From Octopus sinensis (lineage: Eukaryota), in assembly GCF_006345805.1 (NCBI RefSeq), contig NC_043019.1:27155360-27219359 (forward strand): DNA of 64,000 nucleotides. Direction: 5' to 3'. Shown here piece by piece: positions 49,892 through 64,000 of this stretch (the stretch's first letter is position 1; the number at the start of each line of letters is the position of its first letter). The notes below the pieces were generated by a model. That model was not told the origin of the DNA, ran no database searches, and saw only the letters and a list, made by a program, of their open reading frames with translations. The position numbers and the translations under genes are program-made.

Positions 49892-50402
49892 ATTAAAATC
49901 GAAAAGATCCCATTAAAATTTTCCAATAGAAATCAAATAAGGCTTTATTAAACCAGATAAGAACGACGCCGGGTCGTTTATCAAAAACGGTTTGCCTTGT
50001 GCAACGCCGGGTATTCTGCTAGTGTGTGTGTGTGTGTGTGTGAGTCGGAATTGTCTACGTTTGAGAACACACTTGTAAACTGGCGAACTGTAATTCCCCA
50101 CGTGTGTGTGCGTGCGTGTGTGAACCTAAAAGTGTGCGCGATAACAAGTTGGTGACGAGGATAACAAAAAGGGGGGAAAAAAAACACAAATCCAAAACAG
50201 CCTTCATACGCATGCGTCAGACTTGTTCTGCTGTATGTTTACACCTGCTGTCCTGTAGTTTTAATGAAAGAGAAAAATAAACCAAGAGAAAATATAGACC
50301 AGACGAGTAGACAGGTGTGTGTGTGTGTGTATCTCTATATTTATATGTATGTGTATATGTATGTTACATACATATATATATGTGTGTATGTATGTATATA
50401 AC

Positions 50403-50433
<31 letters not shown>

Positions 50434-50939
50434 ATGTATGTATATAAATATATATATATGTATGTATGTATATTTATATACATACATACATACATGTATG
50501 TATGTATATAAATATATATATATATGTGTGTATGTATGTATATAAATATATATATATATATGTATGTATGTATATTTATATACATACATACATACATACA
50601 TGTATGTATGTATATAAATATATATATATGTATGTGTGTATGTATGTATGTATATAAATATATATGTATATGTATGTATAAGTATATAAGTATGTATATA
50701 TGAAGGTAGAGAGAGAGAGTGGGAACCAAGGGAGATGTAACGTACAGGTAATAAAAACAATGCGAAGGGCGTTGTGTTCAAAAAGTGTGTGTGTGTGCGT
50801 GTGTATTTGTGTTTGTCTAAGTGTGTTTGTGCGCGCGTGCATGTGAGAAGAGAGAGAAAGCATGTATGTGAGAGAGGGAGAGAGAAAAAGTCTATATGCG
50901 TAAGAGAGATATAGTGTGTTTGTTTGTGTATGTGAGAGA

Positions 50940-51440
50940 GAGAGGGGGAGAAAAGAGCAAGCGAGAAGGGAAGAAAGACACACAGAGAGAAGGGAAGAGA
51001 GACACAGAGATAGAGGGGGAAAGAGCAAGCGAGAAGGGAAGAGAGACACAGAGATAGAGGGGGAAAGAGCAAGCGAGAAGGGAAGAGAGACAGAGAGAGA
51101 GGGGGGAAAGCAAGCGAGAAGGGAAGAGAGACACAGAGATAGAGGGGGGAAAGAGCAAGCGAGAAGGGAAGAGAGACAGAGAGAGAGGGGGAAAGAGCAA
51201 GAGAGAAACAGAGAGAGAGGGGGAAAGAGCAAGCGAGAAGGGAAGAGAGAAACAGAGAGAGAGTGGGGGGAAGAGCAAGCGAGAAGGGAAGAGAGACAGA
51301 GAGAGAGTGGGGAAAGAGCAAGCGAGAAGGGAAGAGAGAAACAGAGAGAGAGTGGGGGGAAGAGCAAGCGAGAAGGGAAGAGAGACAGAGAGAGAGTGGG
51401 GAAGAGCAAGCGAGAAGGGAAGAAAGACAGGGAGAGAGAG
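50940..51440. repeat. Purine-rich minisatellite, unit about 40 bp (GAAAGAGCAAGCGAGAAGGGAAGAGAGACAGAGAGAGAGGGG)
   Basis: About a dozen GAGCAAGCGAGAAGGGAAG anchors. Confidence 0.88.
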
Positions 51441-54236
51441 AGATAGAGAGAAAGCAAGCCATAAGCCACCTAGACGGAAGTGGATCGCAAGCAAATGGGG
51501 GAGAATGGGACGAAGGAAGGGGGTGTCTCAGGTGCAACATCGACTTCAGGTAAAGACAAAAGTTGAGCGTCTTTTCTTTCTTTCACGACGGTGATAAACC
51601 GCCGTTGCAAGAGCGAGATATATATTTATATATATATATACACACATGTGTGTATATATATAAATATATATATATATGTAATATATACATACTGTATATA
51701 AAAGAAATATCGAACTTAATATTATTCTAATCGTTGTGGATATGAAACTTAAGAATATTTTAGATACGGAGACCTGTATATCTGGAGTTTAATTAACCAA
51801 CCAAAGGATAAATAATATACAATATATATTGTATCACAGATATATACATCATATATATAAATATGTATCGTATATATATTATATAACTGTACGTATATAA
51901 CAACATATATGCGTATGTGTGTTTATATGTACACCTGTACTGTTATAAAAATCCTGGTAAGTAACCGTTCATAGTTGTGTGTTTTTTAAAAATATTTTTT
52001 AAACTTTTACAACTTTTAATGTCTGCGTCGACCAAATGGATCACTTTATATATATATGTGTGTGTGTGTGTGCGCGTGTGTGTTATGCACACCTGTACTG
52101 TAACAATAATCCAGGTAAGCGACCACTGTTGGTTCTTTTGTTTGTTTTTTCTCGTCTTCTTTTATAACTTTTAATGTCTGCATCGACCAAAATTAGTAAC
52201 AATATTTTATCTTGTTAGACTGGGGCCATTTTAGGGCACCGTCTGGAACATTTTTATTTCGATCCCTGTACTTTTTTTTTTTTCTTTGAGCCTGGTACTT
52301 ACTCTATCGGTCTCTTTCGCCGAACCGACTGCTAAGTTACAGGGATGTAAACACACGAACACCGATTGTCAAGCGGTGGTGAGGGACACACATATACACG
52401 ATGGGTTTCTTTCAGTTTCCGTCAACCAAATCCACTCACAAGGCTTTGGTTGGCCCAAAGCTATAGTAGAAGACACTTGCCCAAGGTGCCACACAACAGG
52501 ACTGAACCCAGACCACGTGATTAGCAAAGTTTCTAACCAAACAGCCACGCCTTTGTGTGTGTGTGTTTATATACACACCTATACAATAACAAAAATCCTG
52601 GTTTTTCTAATGTTTTTTGGAAAGACTTCCTTTTGTGCCCCACCATAAAATTTTCTTTTAAATATTACACATGGTGGAAAATTGATTTCCTGCCGTGTCC
52701 TATAATAATAATTATGAGAAAATTAAGAATCTCTATTAAAAAAACTTCATTTCTGGGAAAGACTTTCACCTCTCCACCCCACCCCACCCCACCATTTTCT
52801 CCCAAATTTATTTATTTTTGTTTTTGTATTTTGCCAAAAATCCCCGTTTTCAGATACGGAGGTACCGGAAAATTGCAAAAAATCGGCATTATGAAATTTC
52901 CCCCCAACATTTTCGATTTTGCCTTTTTTTTCCCCCAACACCAACCCTAACACCCTAACGCTAAAACCCTAACCCTAAAACCATAACCGTAAGTACAGGA
53001 ATGTTTTGAAATTTTTGTCCAAATCATGATGTCCATATTTTTCCGCATATTTTGAAAAAAAAAATGGTGTAAAAAGTTTTAAATGAAGGAAATGGTGGTG
53101 GGGGGGTTAATTTAGAAATGTCAATTTTTGCCAATTTTTTTGCAGATTCATATTCCCCATAGCCGAAAAGGGGGATTTGTGTCGAAAAAATTTTTTTTAA
53201 AGGATGGTTTTTGCAGGGGACAGACAGAAGTCTTGCCCATCTGGAAAGGCAAATTTTATAAAGTTAGGCAATTTAGGCCTTAACGTTAGGCAAATTGGGA
53301 CATAAATATACGTAATACAGAATTAAAGTTAGGCAAATAGAAATTTTAAATTTTTATGACTTTCTCATCATTATCATTATAAGACATTGTTGGAAGTCAA
53401 TTTTCCACCATGTCTAATATTTTTTTAAAGATTTTATGGGGTCGGGGGTACAAAAGGAAGTCTTTTCACAGTTAAGATCCTCCTTGGTTTATCTTGCAAT
53501 ATTATTTTATCTTTTGCTTGTTTCAATCATTGGACTTCAGCCATGCTGCGTCAATAGCTTGATTATTTAAAAAAAAATTTTTTTTTTTAATTTTTGTATG
53601 TTCGAAAATTTTCCACTGATGTAATATCCGTTTATTATAATTATTATTAAGGCAGCAAGCTGGCAGAATTGTTAGCATGCGAGGCAAAATGCTTAGCAGC
53701 ATTTCATCTGACTTTACATCCTGAGTGCAAAATTCTGCCGAGGTCAACTTTGCCTTTCATCCTTCCAGGAGTCAATGAAATAAGTACCAGTGAAACACTG
53801 GGGTCTATGTAATTGACTAGTCCCCTCCCTTCAAATTTCAAGCCTTGTTCCTCTAGTAGAAAGGATTATCATTATTATTATTATTAAGGCAACAAGCTGG
53901 CAGAATCATTAGAACACTAGGCAAAATACTTTCAGAGTTCAAATTCGACTTCACTTTTCATCCTTTTGGGGTCAAGAAATTAAGTACCAGTTATGCACTG
54001 GGGTCGATGTAACTGACTAGTCCCAGGCTTTGTAATCTTAATTGAAGCGATTATGATTAAAAAGTCGGCGAGCTGGCAGAATCGTTTGCACGCTGGACAA
54101 AATGCTTAGCAGTATTTCGCCTGTCGCTACTATTAATAACATCGAATAATACTTTAGGAATGAGAACCCAGGTTCAAAATGTCCCCAAGACACCTGATGA
54201 AGGCTGGAGGGTATATCAGCTGAAATATTGTCATCA

Positions 54237-54600
54237 TTATCATCATCATTGTTTAACGTCCGCTTTCCATGCTAGCATGGGTTGGATGATTTGACTGAGG
54301 ACTGGCAAACCAGATGGCTGCACCAGGCTCCAATCTCGATCTGGCAGAGTTTCTACAGCTGGATGCCCTTCCTAACGCCAACCACTCCAAGAGTTTAGTG
54401 GGTGCTTTTACATGCCACCAGCACGGGGGGCCAGTCAGGCAGTACTGGCAACGACCTCGCTCGAATCTTTTTACACATGCCACCGGCACAGGTGCCAGTA
54501 AGGCAATGCTGGTAACGATCACGCTCGAATGGTGCCTTTTACGTGCCACCGGCACGGAAGCCAGTTAGCCACTCTGGCAATGATCACACTCAGATGGTCC
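54237..54600 (-). mobile_element. (GAT)n-tailed retroposon (family E, possibly RTE-mobilised)
   Basis: Consensus ...GGAGTGGTTGGCGTTAGGAAGGGCATCCAGCTG...CAACCCATGCTAGCATGGAAAGCGGACGTTAAAC(GAT)n. Copies at 57170-57787(+), 60065-60366(+), 62640-62870(-) and 63640-63875(-). Confidence 0.8.
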
Positions 54601-55329
54601 TCTTAGTACCCTACCAGCTCAGGGCTCAAGATGAGGACAAATATCTATCAAATGTAAATAAAGTAAGGAGAATTTCTTTGAGGTGTTTGGATTATTATTT
54701 CCAACAAGTTGCATACAAAATATAAGTTTCCTTAAAGCATCAGTTTTCATTCCTGATTAACATGGCTGTTAATTAGCCAAGTTTGCTTTATGTTTATAGA
54801 AGTAATTACTAGAGTTATTAATGGCAAAAATAAACGAAATACAATTAATTTTCTTCTGAATTATAGCTTTATCCATCTCATTTCACCCTTTGTACTGGTT
54901 GTGGTTAATGATGGATGTGGACAATTATTTGTGCAAACCCATTATTAAAAGGTTAATGATAGGTTGGTACAACTATTTTAAGACTTGACATCCATTTATT
55001 ATTTGTATTAAGTATTTAGATAACACTTGCTCACAAAATTACCTTCATGTTTTTGACAAGGTAAATGAACACTATATTTTCGTAAGGCCCTGGAAATGCA
55101 AAATTGCCTTATTTAAGTGGTGAGGTGACAGACAGGTTAGTAGGCTAGGTAAAGTGCTTAGCAACATTTTGGTCATCTTCATGTTCTGAGGTTGACTTTG
55201 CCTTTCATCCTTTCAGAGTGTACCAGTTGGATACTAGGGTCGATGTAATTGACTTATCCCCACCCCCAAACTTTCTGGCCTTGTGCCAAAATTTGAAAAC
55301 AAAATATTCGTGGACTGTGCTAGTGACGT

Positions 55330-55835
55330 GTAAAAGACACCTGTCATGGCAACACATAACAGGCAGCTGTGATGGTGACACATAAAAGGCACCCTGACAA
55401 CGACGCATAAAGGGTACATGTGACGGCAACACACAAAGGGTACCCATGGTGGTGACATGTAAAGGGCACCCATGATGGTGACGTGTAAAGGGCACCCGTG
55501 ACAGTGACATGTAAAGGGCACCCGTGACAGTGACGTAAAGGGCACCCATGATGACGACACGTAAAGGGCACCCATGATGACGACACGTAAAGGGCACCCA
55601 TAATGGCGATGCATAAAGGCCACCCATGACAGCAATGCGTAAAATCTACCCATGACAGCAATGCGTAAAGGGCACCCGTGATGGCGACGATTAAATGGTA
55701 CTTGTGGCAGTGACGCTTAAAGGGCACCCATGATGGCGACGTGTAAAGGGCATCTGTGACGGTGACATGTTAAGGGCACCCATGGCAGTGATGCGTAAAG
55801 GGCACCCGTGGCGGTGGCACGTAAAAGGCACCCGC
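55330..55835 (+). repeat. About 28-bp minisatellite (GTAAAGGGCACCCATGATGGCGACGT-like)
   Basis: Repeated AAAGGGCACCC anchor. Resembles the GGCACGTAAAAAGCACCC motif of family E. Confidence 0.85.
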
Positions 55836-55918
55836 TACACTCATGGAGTGGTTGACACTAGGAAGGGCATCCAGCTGCAGGTACCATGCCAATATTACAC
55901 TGGAACTTGGTACAGCTC

Positions 55919-56244
55919 TTTGACTTACCAGTTTCCGTCAAACCATTTGACTTACCAATTTCCGTCAAACCATTTGACTTACCAATTTCCATCAAACCAT
56001 TTGACTTACCAATTTCCGTCAAACCATTTGACTTACCAATTTCCGTCAAACCATTTGACTTACCAATTTCCGTCAAACCATTTGACTTACCAATTCCCGT
56101 CAAACCATTTGACTTACCAATTTCCGTCAAACTATTTGACTTACCTATTTCCGTCAAACCATTTGACTTACCAATTTCCGTCAAACCATTTGACTTACCA
56201 ATTTCCGTCAAACCATTTGACTTACCAATTTCCGTCAAACCATT
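55919..56244 (+). repeat. 27-bp near-perfect tandem repeat x12 (TTTGACTTACCAATTTCCGTCAAACCA)
   Basis: Contiguous units with no spacers, inside a family E copy. Confidence 0.92.
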
Positions 56245-57903
56245 TAGCATCAACAGATGCTAAATGATGATGATGATGAAGGAAGGTGATGAGCAGTCAG
56301 AATTAACTCACCAGACACAATGCTTAGCAGCATTTCTTCCATCTTTACATTCAGTGTTCAAATTCCACTGAGGTCGACTACACTTCCTTCCTTTGCAGAT
56401 TTATAGCATGTTTCAGTTGAGTTCTGGTGGTTGACTAGCCCCTCCTGGCATAATGTCAAGCCTTGTGTCTCCGGTTGATAGAATTGAATTTTGGAGAAGA
56501 GGTTGTGAGTTCAAATACTATATTTACATTGTGAGTTCAAATACTGCTTGGGTTACTTACAACCTTTCATCTTCCCTGGGGTTAATAAAATTAATATAGG
56601 TGCAGGTGTGGCTGTGTGGTAAGAAACTTGCTTTCCAACCACATGTTTTCGGTTCAGTCCCATTGCATGGCACCTTGGACAAGTATCTTCTACCGTAGCA
56701 TTGGGCCAACCAAAGTGAGTGGATTTGGTAGATGGAAGCTGTAAGAGGCCCATCGTGTATATAAGCATGTGTGTGTCTGTGTTTGTCCTCCACCACCACT
56801 TGACAACCAGTGTTGGTATGTTTACATCCCAGTTACTAACCAGTTCAGCAAAAGACACCAATAGAATAAATACCAAGTCCTGGGGTCAATTCATTCAACA
56901 AAAAATTCTTCAAGGCAGTACCCCAGCATGGCCATAGTCCACTGGCTGAAACAAACAAAAGATAGAAATCAAATACTGATAGCAATTCAATCAATTGTTC
57001 TAAAATGTTTGGCACTTTCTTAACCACATCTGGTCCTCAAACGATTCTTTGTATGCTTTACTGCTAAGCATGGCTGCAGAAGAGAGTCTGGGTTAAGGTG
57101 TGTCCAGATAATGGTTACTCACCCATGTAGGGATGGGCTACTTGCATATTTCTATGTATTTATATGACTCAGCAAGCCAAATGAGACCATAACCTCGTGA
57201 CCTATGCCCCGCCAAGCCAAGTGAGACCATAACCTCATGGCTTATGTCAGGGGTGTAACCAGCTCACTTATGCGTACCTTTCCTTCATTGGATACTAAAC
57301 TCTGCTTGCGAAGACCTGTTGAGGCAAGTGAAATCAAGATCAAATTCAATGACTGGTATCTGTGCTAGTGGAGCGCTAAGAGTACCATCCGAGCATGATC
57401 ATTGCCAGAACAGCTGACTGGCTTCCATGCCGGTGGCACGTAAAAAGCACCATTCGAGTGTGATCGTTACCAGTATCGCCTTACTGGCTTCCGTGCCGGT
57501 GGCATGTGAAAAAACATTTGAACGAGGTCATTGCCAATGCTGCTGGACTAGCTCCTGTGCAAGTGGCACATAAAAAACACCATTTGAGTGTGGCCATTGC
57601 CAGTACCGCCTGACTGGCCCTCATGTCAGTGGCACGTAAAAGCACCCACTACACTCTTGGAGTGGTTGGCATAGAAACTCTACCAGATCAGATTGGAGCA
57701 TAGTGTAACCATCTGGTTTGCCAGTCCTCAGTCAAATCGTCCAACCCATGCTAGCATGGAAAGCAGACGTTAAACAATGATGATGATCTATTGTGCATGA
57801 TTTACTTGTCTTCACGTTTTTACAATCGCTTTGATGTACCAGTATAGTGTATCACATCCTCACCTCACCTTTCTTTGCATATGTGCAATGAATATAATGA
57901 ATA

Positions 57904-57940
<37 letters not shown>

Positions 57941-59475
57941 TCCGTGGTACTCTGTCAGTTGTGATGACGAGGGTTCCAGTTGATCCGATCAACGGAACAG
58001 CCTGCTCATGAAATTAACATGCAAGTGGCTGAGCACTCCGCAGACATGGGTACCCTTAATGTAGTTCTCAGGGAGATTCAGCATGACACAGAATGTGACA
58101 AGGCTGGCCCCTTTGAAATACAGGTACAACAGAAACAGGAAGAAAGAGTACAGCACGGTTTGCCACCACCCCCTGCCGAAGCCTCGAGGAGCTTCAGGTG
58201 TTTTCGTTCAATAAACACAATACCTGGTCTGGGAATCGAAACCGAGATCCTATGACTGTGGGCCCGCTGCCACTAACCACTGGGCCATTGCACCTCCACA
58301 TATATATATGTGTTTGTGTGTGTATGCATTCACATATATACACACACAGACACATTTGTATTTGTAGGTATATATGTGTGTGTATGTATATGTGTATATT
58401 TATATATATGTGTGTGTATGTATGTATATTTATACATGTGTATATTTGTGTATGTATGTATATCTATACATGTGTATATTTGTGTATGTATGTATATCTA
58501 TGCAAGTGTATATATCTATACATATGTATATCTGTGCATGTATGTATATCTACACACATGTATATTTGTATACATATGCAAGTATATCTATACATATGTG
58601 TATTCGTATGTGTGTGTGTATCTATACATATGTATATTTGCATCAATACATATGTATATCTATACATATGTGTATATATATGTGTATACGTAGGCATATG
58701 CCCCCACCACCACCCAGCCCCACTTAATTTGCAAAAACGTAGGTGAATGTAACGAAAATGGCACATGTGAATGAACCTGCTGTAAGGATGCACCTGTAGG
58801 CAGAAAATTACAAAAGAGAGAGAAACCAGGTGCCTTGGTGCTCCTGATGAGCAGGATGACATGGGATCTTTGGGGTTCCTTCAATGCCTTAGAAGACCTC
58901 TTGTATCCATTATCCTCATCATCATCATCATCGTTTAACGTCCGTTTTCCGCGCTAGCATGGGTTTAATATTGTATGCTATCTCTGTTACTTGTTTCAGT
59001 CATTTGACTGCGGCCATGCTGGAGCACCGCCTTTAGTCGAGCAAATCGACCCCGGGACTTATTCTTTGTAAGCCCATTACTTATTCTATCGGTCTCTTTT
59101 GCCGAACCGCTAAATGACGGGTACGTAAACACACCACCATCGGTTGTCAAGCTATGTTGGGGAGACAAACACACACATACACATATATAGATATATATGC
59201 ATATATACGACAGGCTTCTTTCAGTTTCCGTCTACCAAATCCACTCTCAAGGCTTTGGTCGGCCTGAGGCTATAGTAGAAGACACTTGCCCAAGATGCCA
59301 CGCAGTGGGACTGAACCCGGAATCATGTGGTTGATTAGCAAGCTACTTACCACACAGCCACTCCTGCGCTATGTATATTTTTTTCATTAATCAATAATTC
59401 CATCTTATGTAAATACTCACACTTTAAGTCTGTTTGTTGTATCGTTGCCCTGGTGGCAAATAAAAGAAACTTAGT

Positions 59476-59835
59476 ATTACCTCCACCTTAGCGAAAGCGG
59501 AGGTATTGTTTTTAGTTGTGTTTGTTTGTTTGTTTGTTTGTCCATGGACAAGATATCTCAAGAATCGCTGTATTGATTTGGATGAAACTTTCAGGGATGT
59601 TTGACCTTGTGACTGGAACAAACCGATTTGATTATGGGATCAACCCAGTACCAGGCAGGGATTCTGGATTATTTTTTCAGTTTTTTTACTTAATTTTTGA
59701 GAGGTTCGTTTTTAGTATTCTCGTTTGTGAGAGCCGTCAAGTTTTATTTCAGATATTCTCATTTTAAAAATCATCTCCAGCTAATCATTGAGAGGATGTT
59801 GTTGTTGCCTTGGCAGAGGTTTGCGCTCACTGAGT
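59476..59835 (+). mobile_element. Helentron/DINE-1-like non-autonomous element
   Basis: 5' TATTACCTCCACC with nearby inverted GGAGGTA, (TTTG)n microsatellite, 3' TTGGCAGAGGTTTGCGCTCACTGAGTG followed by a T-rich end. Confidence 0.65.
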
Positions 59836-61254
59836 GTTATTATTATTAGTAAAAAGGCAATGAGCTGGCAGAATCGTTAGCACATCAGACAAAATGTTTA
59901 GCTGCATTTCATCTGACTTTACTTCCTGAGTTCAAATTCCACCGAGGTCGACTTTGCCAGTCATCCTTTTGGGAGTTGATAAAGTAAGTACCAGTTGAAC
60001 ACTGGGGTTGATGTAATTACCTTCTCCCCCAAAATTTCAGGCCTTGTGCTAAAATTTGAAGCCATTAGCACCATCCGAATCGTGGCCGATGCCAGTGCCA
60101 CCTCGACTGGCTTCATTGCCGGTGGCACGTAAAATGCACCAATCCGACTGTGGCCGTTGCCAGCCTCGCCTGGCACCTGTGCAGGTGGCACGTAAAAAGC
60201 ACCCACTACACTCACAGAGTGGTTGGCATTAGGAAGGGCATCCAACTGTAGAAACACTGCCAGATAAGACTGGAGCCTGGTGCAGCCTTCTGGCTTCCCA
60301 GATCCCCGGTCAAACCGTCCAACCCATGCTAGCATGGAGAACGGACGTTAAATGATGATGATGATTGGTATTTGGAATTCATTTATGCTCACTCTCTATT
60401 TGTACTACCTTCAAGGCATAAGCAAGTCTTCTTAATACTGTTCATTTATTTTGATTTCCACAAATAAAATCCCAGTCGAGTACAGGAATTTCAACCCTTA
60501 CCTCTGTCCTAATTATCATCACCATGATTACGGAGAGGAAGTAGGAGGCACCAAAATTATTATTGGTTATATCTATTTACGTTGCAATCTCTCTCATCCA
60601 GGTCACGACTTTTTAAGCTCTTTCAGATCAATAAAACAAATGGTTGAGTTTTCAAAACAGCTGCCCCTCAATGTCCCTTATTTTATGGGAATCATAAAAT
60701 AACAAAGGTAGATTGTTGTTGTTATTTGTTTGTTTTTTTTTTGTTTTTGTTTTTTTTAAATTCTCAATGGAAATTATGATTCTGAAAAAAAGCATTTCTT
60801 TCTGTACTCTGAATGAAACAGCGAAGTACAAGCTTGATCTGATCAACTATAGCAAGGGTCCCCAACCGCTAGGCCATGGACTAGTACCCCACCATAGATC
60901 ATTTGGTATCAGGCCACACAGAAAGAATAAATTTACAAATTTCATTTCTATTTTATTGACTATTGCAGTCTGCAGGATGTCTTTGCATTATGTCTGCGGC
61001 GAGCTGGCAGAAACGTTAGCGCGCTGGGCGAAATGCTTAGTGGTATTTCGTCTGTCGTTACGTTCTGAGTTCAAATTCCACCGAGGTCGACTTTGCGTTT
61101 CATCCTTTCGGGGTCGATAAATAAAGTACCAGTTTCGCACTGGGGTCGATGTAATCGACTTAATCCCTTTGTCTGTTCTTGTTTAGCCCCTTGTGGGTAG
61201 TAAAGAAATATATATATATGTAATAATTAAATTATATATTTTACGATGTGTTTA

Positions 61255-61650
61255 TCTCATCTATCTTGTCCCACAGGATGCCCCAAGACTGTTTCCACAC
61301 ATTTTCCCCATTCATCTTGATCTTCCATAATGGTCCTCATCTCCTGTACCCCTTCCATACCAGTATCCTCCAGCAAGTTGTCGATATAGGTCGTCTTCTT
61401 CCTTCCATTGGTTGCCAGAGCACTAAGCTTGTTAGCAATTTCATCGGTGTGTCTGATGCAGTGTCCAGCTAGCCTCACCCTTCTATGCTGTATCTTTGAT
61501 GTTACTTTTGGTAGTCCCTGGTACAAGTCGGCGTTTGTTGTATGACTCTTCCAGGAGACATTGAGTGCCATTCTAAGCATCCTCGTACAACAACCGTCCA
61601 ACTGCTGCTTCAAGGCTTTAGTGAGTGTCCATGTTTCAGTCCCTTATCGA
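61255..61650 (-). mobile_element. 5'-truncated RTE-clade LINE 3' end
   Basis: LDGCCTRMLRMALNVSWKSHTTNADLY...IQHRRVRLAGHCIRH...YIDNLLEDTG is typical of an RTE ORF C-terminus. Confidence 0.8.
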
Positions 61651-63141
61651 AGAACAATTATTTGCATGATCCCCTGGTCTGTGAAAGAATTGTCTTACAT
61701 AAAACCAGTCTGTAGCACAAGAAAGGTTGGGGATGACTGGATTATATTACTTTCACAAAATGAATTCATGGGTGTGTGCCAGCATTAGAAATTACCATTA
61801 CATCTCTCTTCATGCTCTGAAGTCAAATTCCTCCAAGGTTGACTTTATCTTTCATCTTTTTCGGGGTCTATAAAATAAGTACCAGTTATGCACTGGGGTT
61901 GATGTAATCGACTAGCCCCTCCCCCAAAATTTCAGGCCTTGTACCTTGAGCAGAAAGGATTATTATTATTATAGGCGTAGAAGTTGCTGTGTGGTAAGTA
62001 GCTTGCTTACCAACCACATGGTTCCAGGTTCAGTCCCACTGTGTGGCACCTTTGGCAAGTGTCTTCTACTATAGCCTCGGGCCGACCAAAGCCTTGTGAG
62101 TGGATTTGGTAGATGGAAACTGAAAGAAGCCCATCGTATATATGTATATATATATATGTGTGTGTGTGTATGTTTGTGTGTCTGTGTTTGTCTCCCCAAC
62201 ATCGCTTGACAACTGATGCTGGTGTGTTTACGTCCCCGTAACTTAGCGGTTCAGCAAAAGAGACTGATAGAATAAGTACTGGGCTTACAAAGAATAAGTC
62301 CTGGGGTCGATTTGTTCAACTAAAGGCGGTGCTCCAGCATGGCCACAGTCAAATGACTGAAACAAGTAAAAGAGTATTATTATTATTATCATTATTATTC
62401 ACCTCATGCAACTATCAAAACAAACTGCTATTGCTGCCTTCTCACTTTTAATGACATTTATTTAACTTTCACACCACCTGTCCAACATGTGTGTAAATTA
62501 AATAAAATTACACACACCTTTCTAAATCTATTCACCTTTGAAACTGTAAAATTGTCATAGGAATGTAGGAAAACTTGATTAAAATGTGTGTGTGTGTGTG
62601 CGTATAAAATACATCTATGTATGTATATTTGTGTGTGACCTTCATCATCATCTTCATTAAACATCTGTTTTCCCTGCTGGCATGGTTTGGATGGTTTAAC
62701 TGAAAACTGGTAAGCCAGGGAGCTGCACCAGGTTCCAGTCTGATTTGCTAAGGTTTCTATAGCTGGATGCCCTTCCTAACACCAAGCACTTCAAGAGTGC
62801 AATGGGTGCTTTTTACATGCCAGTTATCCAGCACTGGCATCAGCCATGACTACAATCTCACTTGGCTTGATATATACATGTGTGTGTATATATATATATA
62901 TATATATTTATATTTAGGTTATATGAGATAATGGTGTCGATGAGACCCAAAAGTGTCAGGTAATGCTGAATAAGTGCTATAGACAGACCACTTTTCTGCT
63001 CACACCATCTCCGATGAAGGGATATTATTATTAATTAATATTCTAGATACAGCTGTAAGACCTTCTATCTATAAATGCTCTAATATCTATACAGCCTTGG
63101 GTTTTTTTATCTCATTACGCAAAAAATTCACATATATATAT

Positions 63142-63185
<44 letters not shown>

Positions 63186-64000
63186 TCTCTTTACTCTCTT
63201 TTACTTGTTTCAGTCATTTGACTGCGGCCATGCTGGAGCACCGCCTTTAGTCGAGCAAATCAACCCGGGATTTATTCTTTGTAAGCCCAGTACTTATTCT
63301 ATCGGTCTCTTTTTTGCCGAACCGTTAAGTGACGGGGACGTAAACACATCAGCATCGGTTGTCAAGCAATGCTAGGGGGACAAACACAGACACACAAACA
63401 CACACATACATATATATATATATACATATATACGACAGGCTTCTTTCAGTTTCCGTCTACCAAGTCCACTCACAAGGCATTGGTCGGCCCGGGGCTATAG
63501 CAGAAGACACTTGCCCAAGATGCCACGCAGAGGGACTGAACCCGGAACCATGTTGTTGGTTAGCAAGCTACTTACCACATAAATAGATAGATCTAGGAGT
63601 AAATGTAAGAACAAACAAGTTAAGCAAGTAGATATACATCACCATCATTTAACGTCCATTTTCCATGCTAGCATGGGTTGGACGGTTCAACCGGGTTCTG
63701 GGAAGCCAGGAGGCTGCATCAAGCTCCAGTCTGATCTGGCAGTGTTTCTACAGCTGGATGCCCTTCCTAACGCCAACCACTCCGTGAGTGTAGTGGGTGC
63801 TTTTTACGTGCCACCGGCACAGGGGCCAGAGGAGGCTGGCAAATGACCACGATTGGTTGGTGCTTTTTACGTGTCATTAAATACATTTAATACAAATAAT
63901 GTACAGATGTACGGATATAAAAAAGTTCCGACTTACACAGAATATAAATGATGTCAGGAATTAAAGGGCATGAGTTTTATGAGTCCAACAGCTATTTCTG

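Noticed and set aside
55919-56244. CRISPR-like 27-bp repeat, or a real repeat protein (FDLPISVKP)n
   Set aside because: Units are contiguous with no spacers, there are no cas genes, the context is eukaryotic, and the array lies inside a retroposon. The open frames follow from a unit length divisible by 3.

Overview
Repeat-rich animal genomic DNA. The SINE families and microsatellite style suggest an octopus (inference). The only host protein gene I can reconstruct is a 4-exon, 198-aa four-transmembrane protein of the PMP22/EMP/MP20/claudin superfamily on the + strand (CDS 4536-4745, 31277-31343, 33661-33825, 35289-35443). All its splice sites are GT-AG and the phases match. Its 26.5-kb first coding intron holds an antisense tRNA-Asn(GTT) gene. 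The rest is mobile DNA: several tRNA-headed SINE families, a (GAT)n-tailed retroposon, Tx1, R4/Dong-like, RTE and Penelope-like retroelement fragments, a gypsy gag-pro relic, mariner, hAT, Merlin and Chapaev-like DNA transposon relics, Helitrons, MITEs, and micro- and minisatellites. Most ORFs in the supplied track are microsatellite or SINE artefacts. The main observations are: (1) two independently derived head-to-tail SINE arrays that re-enter the SINE at the same nucleotide; (2) a hammerhead ribozyme fold with a very long stem II inside an AT-rich element with 221-bp inverted arms, plus five minimal hammerhead-like motifs, most with non-canonical cores; (3) a claudin-like protein with no extracellular-loop cysteines; (4) an unexplained 58-aa-repeat acidic ORF. 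No database searches or folding programs were run, so family names rest on motif recognition. Repeat boundaries are approximate unless termini are quoted.
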